Source of the DNA: an uncultured Bacilli bacterium | Lineage (GTDB): Bacteria; Bacillota_I; Bacilli_A; RF39; UBA660 | Reading direction: 5' to 3' | DNA length: 47,596 nt | Assembly: GCA_947595045.1 (NCBI GenBank) | Contig: CANQEN010000002.1 | Span: 1-47,596, forward strand | Shown here: piece by piece, positions 7,733 through 15,990 of the stretch | Layout: each line of letters starts with the position of its first letter | Position numbering within the stretch: the stretch's first letter is position 1 | Position numbers and translations under genes: made by a program | The notes under the pieces: generated by a model | What the model saw: the letters and a program-made list of their open reading frames with translations, nothing else | Databases searched by the model: none | Told to the model about the DNA's origin: nothing

Positions 7733-8341
7733 ATGAAAAAAATAATGACATTCATACTGATACTATTTTTATGTGGTTGTACGGTTGTTAGAATTAATAC
7801 TAATGAGATAGATACTATTGTAAATGTAGTGTTATCAAAGAATAATACGTTATATAATAGAGTTGGTAAAGGGTATAAGTATTATGTGCCTAGGGGGGTT
7901 ACTTACATTGATACGGATAGTTTAAATGATAAATTATATTCTAATGGTGTCTATTATTATTTATATATTGATGCAGTTAGTTATTATAATAAGCGTAAAA
8001 TAGATTATAAAGAAAATAAAAATGCCTATTATTCAAAGAAAATATCAGTTGATGATGGTTTTGAATATGATGGTTATTTAGAAATTAATAAACAAGATAA
8101 TTTATATTATATTGAGTTTGTGTATAATTATGCTAGAATAGAGGCTATGGTTACAGCACAAAATTTAAATTCATCAGTATTAAATGCGACTTATATTTTG
8201 TCAACTATTCAGTTTAATTACGATGTTATAGAGTTAATGCTTAATGATGAATATTTTACGAATAAAGAGGAAAAGTATACCGTATTTACTCCTCGAGAAG
8301 AGTCTGAGAATTTTGAATTGAAATATGAAGATAGTGAATAA
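7733..8341 (+). CDS. Lipoprotein, function unknown
   Basis: Signal peptide with lipobox (ILFLCGC). SD GAGGTGAGG precedes the ATG. Confidence 0.6.
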   Translation: MKKIMTFILILFLCGCTVVRINTNEIDTIVNVVLSKNNTLYNRVGKGYKYYVPRGVTYIDTDSLNDKLYSNGVYYYLYIDAVSYYNKRKIDYKENKNAYYSKKISVDDGFEYDGYLEINKQDNLYYIEFVYNYARIEAMVTAQNLNSSVLNATYILSTIQFNYDVIELMLNDEYFTNKEEKYTVFTPREESENFELKYEDSE

Positions 8342-8354
8342 GGAAAGGTGACTT

Positions 8355-9221
8355 ATGGGATTATTAGATAAAGTAAAAAATATTTTTACTGAAGAAGTAG
8401 AAGATGATGATGTTAAAGTTGAACAAATACAAAAAGAAGTTACACATGTGTCTATAGAATCGCCAGCTGTTAATCGGAATACACGTCAAGATTCGCTTTT
8501 AGATGACAATTTAGTTACTAGAGATGATAATCGTGTAATATTTAGTGAATTAGATGAGGTAGAAGCAAAGACTAAAAAACCAGTCTTATTTGATGATCAT
8601 GCTTTTGATGATTTAGGTAAGATAGAAAAGAAAGAAAATAATATGAGTCATAAAGTAAGAACGGAAAGTAGGCATAATTATAATGGAGGCTATGATAAAA
8701 ATTATAGTTTTAAGTCATATGGTGGTAATACTGCTAAGTCAGAGGTAAAAAAGGTATTTACACCTACTCCCATTATATCTCCTATTTATGGAATTCTAGA
8801 TAAAAATTATCATAAAGAGGATATTGTTGAAAAGCGAAATGGTACAGCCGATGGCCTTAGTGTTGACTCTATTCGAAATAAAGCGTATGGAAAAGTAGAT
8901 TCGAAAGTGGAAGAAGATATATTTAAAAATTCTATTTTGTTCAATGATCCTGATAAGGAAGTCGATAATGATGTGCTTAGTGGCTTAGCAAGTGATAAAG
9001 AAGATGTTTTAAGTCAAGATACAGAACAAAATATTCGAGATTTAGAGGAAATTACTATGGATTTAACTAAAGAGTTAGATAATTTATTATCTAAAAAGGA
9101 TGCTTTAAGTAAGAAAGAAAGACAAGCTAACGAAAATGATAATGATGCATTAGAAGAAAATGATTTATTTGATTTAATTGATTCTATGTATGAAGAAGGT
9201 GATGATAAAAATGATGATTGA
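8355..9221 (+). CDS. Hypothetical acidic protein with an N-terminal amphipathic segment
   Basis: 288 aa. MGLLDKVKNIFTEEVEDDD resembles SepF-type membrane-targeting N-termini, but no SepF core is present. Central PIISPIYGIL motif and an acidic coiled-coil tail. Confidence 0.45.
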   Translation: MGLLDKVKNIFTEEVEDDDVKVEQIQKEVTHVSIESPAVNRNTRQDSLLDDNLVTRDDNRVIFSELDEVEAKTKKPVLFDDHAFDDLGKIEKKENNMSHKVRTESRHNYNGGYDKNYSFKSYGGNTAKSEVKKVFTPTPIISPIYGILDKNYHKEDIVEKRNGTADGLSVDSIRNKAYGKVDSKVEEDIFKNSILFNDPDKEVDNDVLSGLASDKEDVLSQDTEQNIRDLEEITMDLTKELDNLLSKKDALSKKERQANENDNDALEENDLFDLIDSMYEEGDDKNDD

Positions 9222-9498
9222 TTTAGAGATAGTACTTCCTGTTATTTTATATTTAGTTTTAATTGTCTTAGTCATATTTTGTATTGCTTTTATCATAAAA
9301 TTAATGAATACTCTAAAGAAGGTAGATATTATTTTGAATGATATTAGTATTAAAATGAATAAAGTAGATGGTGTATTCGATTTAATTGATCAAACTACAG
9401 AGTATGCTGCTAGTTTAAGTGATCGTATAATTAATAGTATTTCTAATTTTGTGAATCGTATTTTAAGAAAAAAGAAGAAAGGTGATATTGATGAGTAA
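9211..9498 (+). CDS. DUF948/YoxC-like membrane-anchored coiled-coil protein
   Basis: SD AAGGTGA precedes the ATG at 9211, which overlaps the upstream stop. One TM, then a helical region (LKKVDIILNDISIKMNKVDGVFDLID). Confidence 0.55.
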   Translation: MMIDLEIVLPVILYLVLIVLVIFCIAFIIKLMNTLKKVDIILNDISIKMNKVDGVFDLIDQTTEYAASLSDRIINSISNFVNRILRKKKKGDIDE

Positions 9499-9898
9499 AA
9501 AAAAGAAAGGTTTAGCTAAGTTTTTAACTGGAGTGGCTGTTGGTACTGGGTTAGGAATTTTATTCGCACCTAAAAAGGGGAGTGAAACTAGGGAGCAATT
9601 GAAATCTAAATTGGATGAATTATTAGTTAAGGCTAAATCGTTAAAAAAAGAAGACGTGGCTTTAAGTATTGAAAATAAAATTGAAGAAATAAAATTAGAG
9701 TTAGATGATTTAGATAAAGAAAAAGTTTTAAAAATTGCTAAAGAGAAGGCTAGAAAAGTTCAAGATATGGCTGAAGAGTTAGTTCAATACGTAATTGATA
9801 AAGGAACTCCAGTGATGGAGAAAACGGCTAATACTGTTAGAGAGAAAGCCATTACTGTTACTAAAGAAATATTAAATAAATTAGAGAAAGAAGCATGA
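9491..9898 (+). CDS. YtxH-like protein
   Basis: MSKKKKGLAKFLTGVAVGTGLGILFAPKKGSETREQLK is the typical YtxH N-terminus. The rest is helical. Stop TGA. Confidence 0.65.
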   Translation: MSKKKKGLAKFLTGVAVGTGLGILFAPKKGSETREQLKSKLDELLVKAKSLKKEDVALSIENKIEEIKLELDDLDKEKVLKIAKEKARKVQDMAEELVQYVIDKGTPVMEKTANTVREKAITVTKEILNKLEKEA

Positions 9899-9911
9899 AT
9901 CTTCTTTTTTT
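9887..9911 (+). terminator. Rho-independent terminator overlapping the stop codon
   Basis: AAAGAAG (9887-9893) / CTTCTTT (9901-9907), followed by a T-run. Confidence 0.6.
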
Positions 9912-10008
9912 CTTTATAGAAAATGTAAACGAATTGACTGTATTCTGAGTAATATAATTTACTAAAAACATAAATTATAGTATAATGAATATGTATTAGA
10001 GGTGACTT

Positions 10009-10476
10009 ATGAATAATTTAATAGTAGTATTGAAGAAAAATAAATTTAAAGCTATTGTAGTAGGTGTAGTTATGTTAGCACTCATTTTAATGATAATAGC
10101 TATTATGGTTATGTTTTCCTTTAAAGGTAGTGTTTATGGTGATCGATGTGATGAGATAAAAAATGTACCAATTACGGATAATCGTAAAAAAGAAATCAAA
10201 GAAATAGTTGGTGGTTATGAAAATATTGAGGTAACTGATATTAATGTTAAATGCCGTTTGTTAGATATTACTGTTAATTTAAAGAGCGATATGGATTTTG
10301 CTATAGTTGATGAAATGAGTAAAGCTATATTGGGAGTTTTATCAGAAGAAGAATTAGAATTATATGATATCGAATTAATGGTAACTAGTAGTAATAAAGA
10401 AAATACTGAATATCCTAAGATGGGTACTCGACATAAAGTAATTAATGATGAAGCTAATGACCATTTTGTGTGGTAG
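10009..10476 (+). CDS. Hypothetical membrane-anchored protein
   Basis: 155 aa, one N-terminal TM. SD GAGGTGA precedes the ATG. No recognisable domain. Confidence 0.45.
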   Translation: MNNLIVVLKKNKFKAIVVGVVMLALILMIIAIMVMFSFKGSVYGDRCDEIKNVPITDNRKKEIKEIVGGYENIEVTDINVKCRLLDITVNLKSDMDFAIVDEMSKAILGVLSEEELELYDIELMVTSSNKENTEYPKMGTRHKVINDEANDHFVW

Positions 10477-10488
10477 CAAGGAGCATAT

Positions 10489-12528
10489 ATGAAAAAAAAA
10501 ATAATTATAGGGTTAATCGGAATATTAGTTATAGCAGGAATACTAATTGGCATTTATAAATTAAATATAATAGATAATGGTGTTTCTTTTTCTGTATCAG
10601 AGCAACAGTGGCTATCAAATAATAAAAATAATATTATTGATATATATGTTCCAAGTGACATATCTATTTTTTCAAATATGGGTAAAGGTGTTGTTTTTGA
10701 CTTAATTAATGATTTTAGTAATGATAATAAGATAAAAATAAATGCTACTGCTTATGAATTGCAAAATAATTTGACTGATATAAGTTATGCCATCGAATTA
10801 GTAGATAAAGTTGGTAAAGATCAAATATTACTTTATAAAGATAGTTATGCATTAGTAGTTAAAGATGATAAAAAATATAATAATATATCAAATATTAGTA
10901 ATTTGAAATTGGGAGTATTAAATCAAGATTTAGATTTAGCTAATTCTTATTTCGGTGATAATAATGAAATAAGTGGTTTTGCTAATTTGGAGGAGTTAAA
11001 TAGTAAGTTTATCTCGGGAGATGAATCATTAGATGGAGTTATTGTATTACGTAGTCTATATTTGCAAGAAATATTGGAACATAATTATCATATAGCTTAT
11101 CATATATCAGAAATGACTAAGAACTTTGTTATTACTACTAAGGGAGATAAAATCTTAAATAATATTTTTCAAAAGTATACTAAAAATTGGCTTAAAGAAA
11201 ATATAGAGAGTTCTTATAATGCACATTTATTAGATGAATATTTTACTATTAAAGGAATTACAGATAAAGAAAAGAATTCTTTGCAAGAAAAGACTTATAC
11301 ATATGGTTATATAAATAATGGTATTTATGATTTTACTAGTGGTAATGATTTATATGGAATTAATTATTATATAATAAAAGCATTCGCTAAATTAGCAAAT
11401 ATTGATATGGATTATCATAAGCCATATAAGACAGCTAAAGAATTAAATAATGCATTAGAACAAAAAAAGATTGATTTTTATTTTAATGATATAGGTACAA
11501 AATGTACCAACCAATGTTTTTCAACTATAGATGCAATTAATAGTGATATTGTGTTTTTAACTAATGTTAACAATGATTTTATTATTAATTCATTAGCTAG
11601 CCTTCAAAATCAAAAAATTAATGTTGTGAAAAACTCGATGATTGCTAAATATTTAAAGGAAAATAAAATTAAAGTTAAAGAATATGATAATATAAATAAA
11701 TTGTTATCAAATGTTAAGAAAACTGATATATTAGCACTTGATCTCAAGAGTTACGAGTATTATAGTGATGAACTGCTTAGATTATATAAAATACAATATA
11801 TAGATCAGTTTAAATTAAATTATGGATATATAATTAATGAAGATAATAAAACATTTATGAATTTATTTAATTTTTACTTAGAATATACACCAATACATAG
11901 TATTGTTAATCGTAGCTATGGTGACATATACGTTAAAAATTATAATCAACTTATTATGTTCGTTGTTATTTGTATATTATCATTAATAGTTATATTTTTC
12001 TTAATTCGTGATTTAAGAAAATTTATTAAAATAATTAAGAAAAGAAAACATAAGACTTTATCAAAACAAGAAAAATTAAAATATATAGATCAATTAACTT
12101 CTTTAAAAAATAGAGCCTATTTAAATGACAATATTGAATTATGGGATGCTTCATTAATTTATCCTCAGGCAATAGCTGTGATTGATTTGAACAATATTGC
12201 CTATATAAATGATAACTTTGGTCATGAGGAAGGTGATAAAGTCATTGCTGAAGCTGCTAACATTTTAATTAGGACACAATTACCAAGAACGGAAATTATT
12301 AGAACTGATGGTAATGAATTCTTAGTATATATGATAGAATATAATGAAAAGCAAATAGTATCTTATTTAAAGAAAATAACAAAGGAATTTAAAGAATTAA
12401 CTCATGGTTATGGAGCTGCTATGGGATATAGTATTATTAATGATGAAATAAAAACAATTGATGATGCTGTTAATGAAGCAACTATTGCTATGAAAGAACA
12501 TAAACAAAGTATGATGTCTGATGAATAG
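10489..12528 (+). CDS. Membrane receptor with two extracytoplasmic solute-binding-like regions and a degenerate cytoplasmic GGDEF domain
   Basis: 679 aa. N-terminal TM, long extracytoplasmic part, second TM (MFVVICILSLIVIFFLI), then a GGDEF fold: DQLTSLKNRAYL, NDNFGHEEGDKVI, with DGNEF in place of GGDEF. Confidence 0.75.
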   Translation: MKKKIIIGLIGILVIAGILIGIYKLNIIDNGVSFSVSEQQWLSNNKNNIIDIYVPSDISIFSNMGKGVVFDLINDFSNDNKIKINATAYELQNNLTDISYAIELVDKVGKDQILLYKDSYALVVKDDKKYNNISNISNLKLGVLNQDLDLANSYFGDNNEISGFANLEELNSKFISGDESLDGVIVLRSLYLQEILEHNYHIAYHISEMTKNFVITTKGDKILNNIFQKYTKNWLKENIESSYNAHLLDEYFTIKGITDKEKNSLQEKTYTYGYINNGIYDFTSGNDLYGINYYIIKAFAKLANIDMDYHKPYKTAKELNNALEQKKIDFYFNDIGTKCTNQCFSTIDAINSDIVFLTNVNNDFIINSLASLQNQKINVVKNSMIAKYLKENKIKVKEYDNINKLLSNVKKTDILALDLKSYEYYSDELLRLYKIQYIDQFKLNYGYIINEDNKTFMNLFNFYLEYTPIHSIVNRSYGDIYVKNYNQLIMFVVICILSLIVIFFLIRDLRKFIKIIKKRKHKTLSKQEKLKYIDQLTSLKNRAYLNDNIELWDASLIYPQAIAVIDLNNIAYINDNFGHEEGDKVIAEAANILIRTQLPRTEIIRTDGNEFLVYMIEYNEKQIVSYLKKITKEFKELTHGYGAAMGYSIINDEIKTIDDAVNEATIAMKEHKQSMMSDE

Positions 12529-12535
12529 ATGAAAA

Positions 12536-12572
12536 GTAAGTATTCTTTAGCTAAAAAATACTTGCTTTTTTT
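12536..12572 (+). terminator. Rho-independent terminator
   Basis: GTAAGTATT (12536-12544) / AATACTTGC (12557-12565), followed by a T7 run. Confidence 0.7.
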
Positions 12573-12641
12573 GATACTAATAAAATATTAATATTTAGAA
12601 AAAGTAACGTTATTAGGCGATAAATTAGTTTTTTCTTTTTC

Positions 12642-12670
12642 TTGACATACAAACAATTGTTTGGTATTAT
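12642..12670 (+). promoter_or_regulatory. Near-consensus sigA promoter of recX
   Basis: TTGACA (12642-12647), 17-nt spacer, TATTAT (12665-12670). The ORF-track TTG start is this -35 hexamer. Confidence 0.7.
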
Positions 12671-12686
12671 TTATTTAGGTGATAAC

Positions 12687-13451
12687 ATGAAAATAGAGCA
12701 TATAAAAAAGTTAGATAACGGTAAATACAAATTAACAATAGATGGTAAAGATATTATTACTTATGATGATATTCTTATAAAATATAATATATTATATAAG
12801 AATGACATTACTCCAGAACTTTATTTTAAAATCCAAAAAGATAATAATTATTATGAAATATATAATAAAGTAGTTAGTTTTATTATAAAAAAAAGGAAAA
12901 GTAAAAAAGAAATAGAGAATTATTTAAATACATTTTCTTTAGATAGTGAAGATATTAATAGTATTATAAAAAAATTACAAGATATAGGTCTTATTAATGA
13001 TAGAGAATATACTAGGGCATATATATCAGATAGATTATATTTAAGTAATGATGGTCCTAATAAAATTAGGTGTTATTTAATAAATCAAGATATAGATTTA
13101 AGTATTATTGATGATGAACTTTCTAAAATAGATAGTCAAGAAATAATGAATAAATTAGAAAAGTTAGTATCTAAAAAAATTAAAAGTAATCATCATTATT
13201 CTAGTTATAAATTAAAAATAAAAATAAAGTATGATTTAAGTAATTTAGGATATGATGTAGAAGATATTAATAGTATTTTAAATAATTATTATTGTAATAA
13301 TGAAGAAATAATAAAGAAAGAATATCATAAATATTATCAAAGGTTAATGAGAAAATATAGTGGTGAAGAATTAATTAAACAATTAAAGGTTAAATTATTA
13401 GCTAAAGGATTTAGTGCGAATGAAATAGATAGTGTAATTAATAATGAATAG
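12687..13451 (+). CDS. recX: RecA regulator RecX
   Basis: SD TAGGTGAT precedes the ATG at 12687. Firmicute RecX layout: N-terminal beta region (KLDNGKYKLTIDGKDIITYDD), then repeated three-helix modules (KSKKEIENYL..., LINDREYTRAYISDRL, GPNKIRCYL, KGFSANEID). Confidence 0.75.
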   Translation: MKIEHIKKLDNGKYKLTIDGKDIITYDDILIKYNILYKNDITPELYFKIQKDNNYYEIYNKVVSFIIKKRKSKKEIENYLNTFSLDSEDINSIIKKLQDIGLINDREYTRAYISDRLYLSNDGPNKIRCYLINQDIDLSIIDDELSKIDSQEIMNKLEKLVSKKIKSNHHYSSYKLKIKIKYDLSNLGYDVEDINSILNNYYCNNEEIIKKEYHKYYQRLMRKYSGEELIKQLKVKLLAKGFSANEIDSVINNE

Positions 13452-13475
13452 GCAATATTAGTATTGCTTTTTATT
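13452..13475 (+). terminator. Rho-independent terminator
   Basis: GCAATA-TTAG-TATTGC (13452-13467), followed by TTTTTATTT. Confidence 0.65.
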
Positions 13476-13555
13476 TCATAAAGTTGTAACTACTACATAT
13501 AATTTAATATAAATATAACTATCGTTATTTATATAATAGTATAGGAGTGTGAACT

Positions 13556-14332
13556 ATGAAAAAATTTTTAAGCCTAAGTTTAGTTTGTATTTTATTGCTC
13601 TTTATGGTAATTTCACCAGTAAAAGCATTAACTGTGTGGAATTATAATGATTGGCAAGATGGTAAGGATTATGGATCAAAAACTAGAATTTCGTCTAATA
13701 TAACTAATCTTAAAGGAGAAAAAGAAGAACAGAAAGGAATGAAGGTAGGACCTTTTAATAAAGCAAGTAAAGCAAAATTAAGCGATGGAATTACAGAAGA
13801 AGTTTATGTAGGACTTAATCTAAATGATTATCAAAATTCAGAATTATTTGAGTTATCTATAGCTTTAAATCAACAACAAAAGGGCGAAGATGCTAAATAT
13901 TTAACAGAAGCTGTTGTTATGACGCAAAAAAGTGAAGGTAAATTTGTTTTAACTTCAGGTTGGGCAAAAGATAAAAATCCAATAGCTACAATAGACTCAG
14001 ATGGCGTATATACATATAGATGGGAATTTAAAAAGGACAATGATAATAAAATTCAGGTGCGATTTACAGTATTAAATTATGGAAAGGAATTAGGCACAAC
14101 AGGTTTTGTAAAACTAGAAGTAGAAAATTTTGATAAAGCTACTGATGTTAGATATCTATGGGCATGTAATATTAAAGCTAACTATGGTGTAGATATATAT
14201 ACAACATTACCAGAGAATTCAGTAGAAAATCCAGATACTTCTGATATTAATTTATTTTTATTCATTGTATTAATTATTGTCAGTGGCTTTGGTTTAATTT
14301 ATATTAAAAAAGAAAGTTTAATTCATAATTAA
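13556..14332 (+). CDS. Secreted protein with a C-terminal membrane anchor, function unknown
   Basis: Signal peptide (LLLFMVISPVKA|L), about 200-aa ectodomain, C-terminal TM (LFLFIVLIIVSGFGLIYI) followed by KKE. Confidence 0.5.
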   Translation: MKKFLSLSLVCILLLFMVISPVKALTVWNYNDWQDGKDYGSKTRISSNITNLKGEKEEQKGMKVGPFNKASKAKLSDGITEEVYVGLNLNDYQNSELFELSIALNQQQKGEDAKYLTEAVVMTQKSEGKFVLTSGWAKDKNPIATIDSDGVYTYRWEFKKDNDNKIQVRFTVLNYGKELGTTGFVKLEVENFDKATDVRYLWACNIKANYGVDIYTTLPENSVENPDTSDINLFLFIVLIIVSGFGLIYIKKESLIHN

Positions 14333-14338
14333 ATAGAT

Positions 14339-14373
14339 AAAAAAAACACCTCTACTAGGAGATGCTTTTTTTT
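14339..14373. terminator. Probable bidirectional terminator between convergent genes
   Basis: A-run, imperfect hairpin CACCTC-TACTAG-GAGATG, then a T8 run. Confidence 0.45.
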
Positions 14374-14387
14374 ATTCCATATTTATT

Positions 14388-15395
14388 TTATTCTTCCTCG
14401 TCATCAGTAGTAGTATCATCAGAGTTTAAAGAATTAATAAAATCTTTATATTTTTGTTTTAAATTTGAATCATTAATTGTAAATTTATATTTTTCTCTTA
14501 ACTCATGTAGAGCAGTAGATTGTAATAATGTATCACTACTCATTTCTTGTTCTGCCATTTTAATGCGAATATCATCAGTAGCATCTTTTAATGAATCCTT
14601 ATCAGCTGAACTAACTTTTAATATTACATGATAACCGTATTCTGTCTTTACTGGCTCTGAAACAACTTGACCATTTTTTAACTTAGCAGAGGCATCCCAA
14701 AATTCTTCTACGACATCACCTTTCATGAAGTTTTCTATTAATCCACCATTTTCATAAGAACTATCAGCAGAATAATTAAGTGCTAGCTCATCAAATTTTT
14801 CATTTAATTTATCATTATCTTTAATATCTTTTAATTGATCAATTAAGTCAGTAGCAGTATCATATGCTTCATCAGTGTCATCTTCTTGATCTTCATCAAA
14901 TTCGATTAAAATATGTTTTACCGTTAATTTTTCAGAATAATTATCATTATAATAATCTTCAATTTCTTTATCAGTATATTTAGTTCCTATTTGTTTAGCA
15001 GCTGCAATAGCGATCTTACGATCATTTACTGCATAATCAAATAGTTGATCTTCTGTAGTAACTCCATTAAGACCTACATAGTTAGTCATAAATTGTTCAA
15101 AATCTACACCATATTGAGTAGCATATTGTTTATAATATTCTACAATTTGATTAGCATAATCTTCAATTTCCTTTGTTGTTTTAACTTCCTTATTGGCAAT
15201 ATAAGCATTAATCTTATTCATTAAAGCTTCGTATCCATAACTTCCTTTTAATTCTTTGTATAGCTCATCTGCTGAAACTTCGTATCCTTTCACTGATGCT
15301 ACAACCTCTTCACCATTCTTTAGTTTAGCTGAACCACATGCAGTTGTCATAAGTAATATCCCACATAGTGATAAAGCAATTAATTTCTTTTTCAT
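14388..15395 (-). CDS. prsA: Foldase lipoprotein PrsA (parvulin-type PPIase)
   Basis: SD AAAGGAGA precedes the ATG at 15395. MKKKLIALSLCGILLMTTAC lipoprotein signal. Parvulin domain: VKHILIEF...GGLIENFMKGDVVEEFWDA...EYGYHVILKV. Confidence 0.8.
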   Translation of the reverse strand: MKKKLIALSLCGILLMTTACGSAKLKNGEEVVASVKGYEVSADELYKELKGSYGYEALMNKINAYIANKEVKTTKEIEDYANQIVEYYKQYATQYGVDFEQFMTNYVGLNGVTTEDQLFDYAVNDRKIAIAAAKQIGTKYTDKEIEDYYNDNYSEKLTVKHILIEFDEDQEDDTDEAYDTATDLIDQLKDIKDNDKLNEKFDELALNYSADSSYENGGLIENFMKGDVVEEFWDASAKLKNGQVVSEPVKTEYGYHVILKVSSADKDSLKDATDDIRIKMAEQEMSSDTLLQSTALHELREKYKFTINDSNLKQKYKDFINSLNSDDTTTDDEEE

Positions 15396-15480
15396 AAAAT
15401 CTCCTTTCACTTCTTTATGACTCATCATCATACACTTAATATAATAACAAATATTACTATAAAATTCAATATTTGTAATC

Positions 15481-15507
15481 ACATCTTCACAAAAAATTCA
15501 TAGAATA
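15481..15507 (+). promoter_or_regulatory. Candidate mother-cell (sigK/sigE-type) promoter
   Basis: AC (15481-15482), 16-nt spacer, CATAGAATA (15499-15507), matching the sigK pattern AC-N16/17-CATAnnnTA. It sits about 35 nt upstream of the YjcZ-like gene. Confidence 0.35.
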
Positions 15508-15540
15508 ACTGTGAAAAGACAAAAAAGGAGGAATGATTTT

Positions 15541-15627
15541 ATGTGTGGTAATACAGGAATATCATCAGCTGCTATTGTATTAGTATTATTCATTTTATTA
15601 ATAATCATACTTGGAGCTTATATTTAA
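15541..15627 (+). CDS. YjcZ-like tiny transmembrane (sporulation-associated) protein
   Basis: 28 aa, MCGNTGISSAAIVLVLFILLIIILGAYI. Strong SD AAGGAGGAA. It resembles the 'tiny TM' YjcZ family (Gly/Cys-rich N-terminus plus the VLFILLII core). Confidence 0.6.
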   Translation: MCGNTGISSAAIVLVLFILLIIILGAYI

Positions 15628-15639
15628 GGAGGGGATTTT

Positions 15640-15798
15640 ATGGCTTGTAGTGGTGCATGCGGAAATCAGACAACAACCAATAACTGTACTCAAAATAATG
15701 TAACTTGTAGTAATAATAGCAATAGTTTTTCTTATATCATTATAATAGTTCTTTATATTTTACTAGCTATTATTATTGGCTCTTGTCTATTCTATTAA
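15640..15798 (+). CDS. YjcZ-like tiny TM protein with an extended Cys/Asn/Thr-rich N-terminus
   Basis: 52 aa, MACSGACGNQTTTNNCTQNNVTCSNNSNSFSYIIIIVLYILLAIIIGSCLFY. SD AAGGAGGGG. Confidence 0.5.
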   Translation: MACSGACGNQTTTNNCTQNNVTCSNNSNSFSYIIIIVLYILLAIIIGSCLFY

Positions 15799-15822
15799 AA
15801 AGAGGAATGCCTCTTTTTTTTA
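15797..15822 (+). terminator. Rho-independent terminator
   Basis: AGAGG (15801-15805) AATG CCTCT (15810-15814), followed by a T8 run. Confidence 0.75.
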
Positions 15823-15990
15823 TATGTTATAGTAGTATTTTTTACTAGGAATAAATTTTCTTAGTTTTTTTATTTTGAAAAAGGAAATATTGATATAATC
15901 AATAATAATATAGTAGGAGGTGATAAAACGAAAAAATATCCATTTGTTAAACAAGAAGAATTTAAAGACTGTGGAGCTGCTAGTTTATCT

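Noticed and set aside
7519-7755. 78-aa minus-strand ORF spanning the trmB 3' end and the lipoprotein gene start
   Set aside because: It is antisense to two well-supported genes. The I/F/L-rich translation is typical of AT-rich shadow frames, and no SD is present.
10215-10553. 112-aa minus-strand ORF
   Set aside because: It is antisense to the 10009 and 10489 genes, has low-complexity I/S/L composition, and lacks an SD or promoter.
12642-12686. TTG-initiated N-terminal extension of recX in the ORF track; likewise TTG at 42413 for priA and ATG at 22492
   Set aside because: The TTG codons are the -35 hexamers of near-consensus promoters. 22492 lies within a terminator hairpin. Good SD-plus-start combinations exist downstream, at 12687, 42461 and 22555.
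14200-14332. LPENS segment followed by a TM and a basic tail as a sortase (LPxTG) sorting signal
   Set aside because: The motif lacks the T-G positions, and about 10 residues separate it from the TM. It is better described as a plain C-terminal membrane anchor.
14362-14631. 89-aa plus-strand ORF
   Set aside because: It is antisense to the prsA 3' end and starts inside the bidirectional terminator. It is a shadow ORF.
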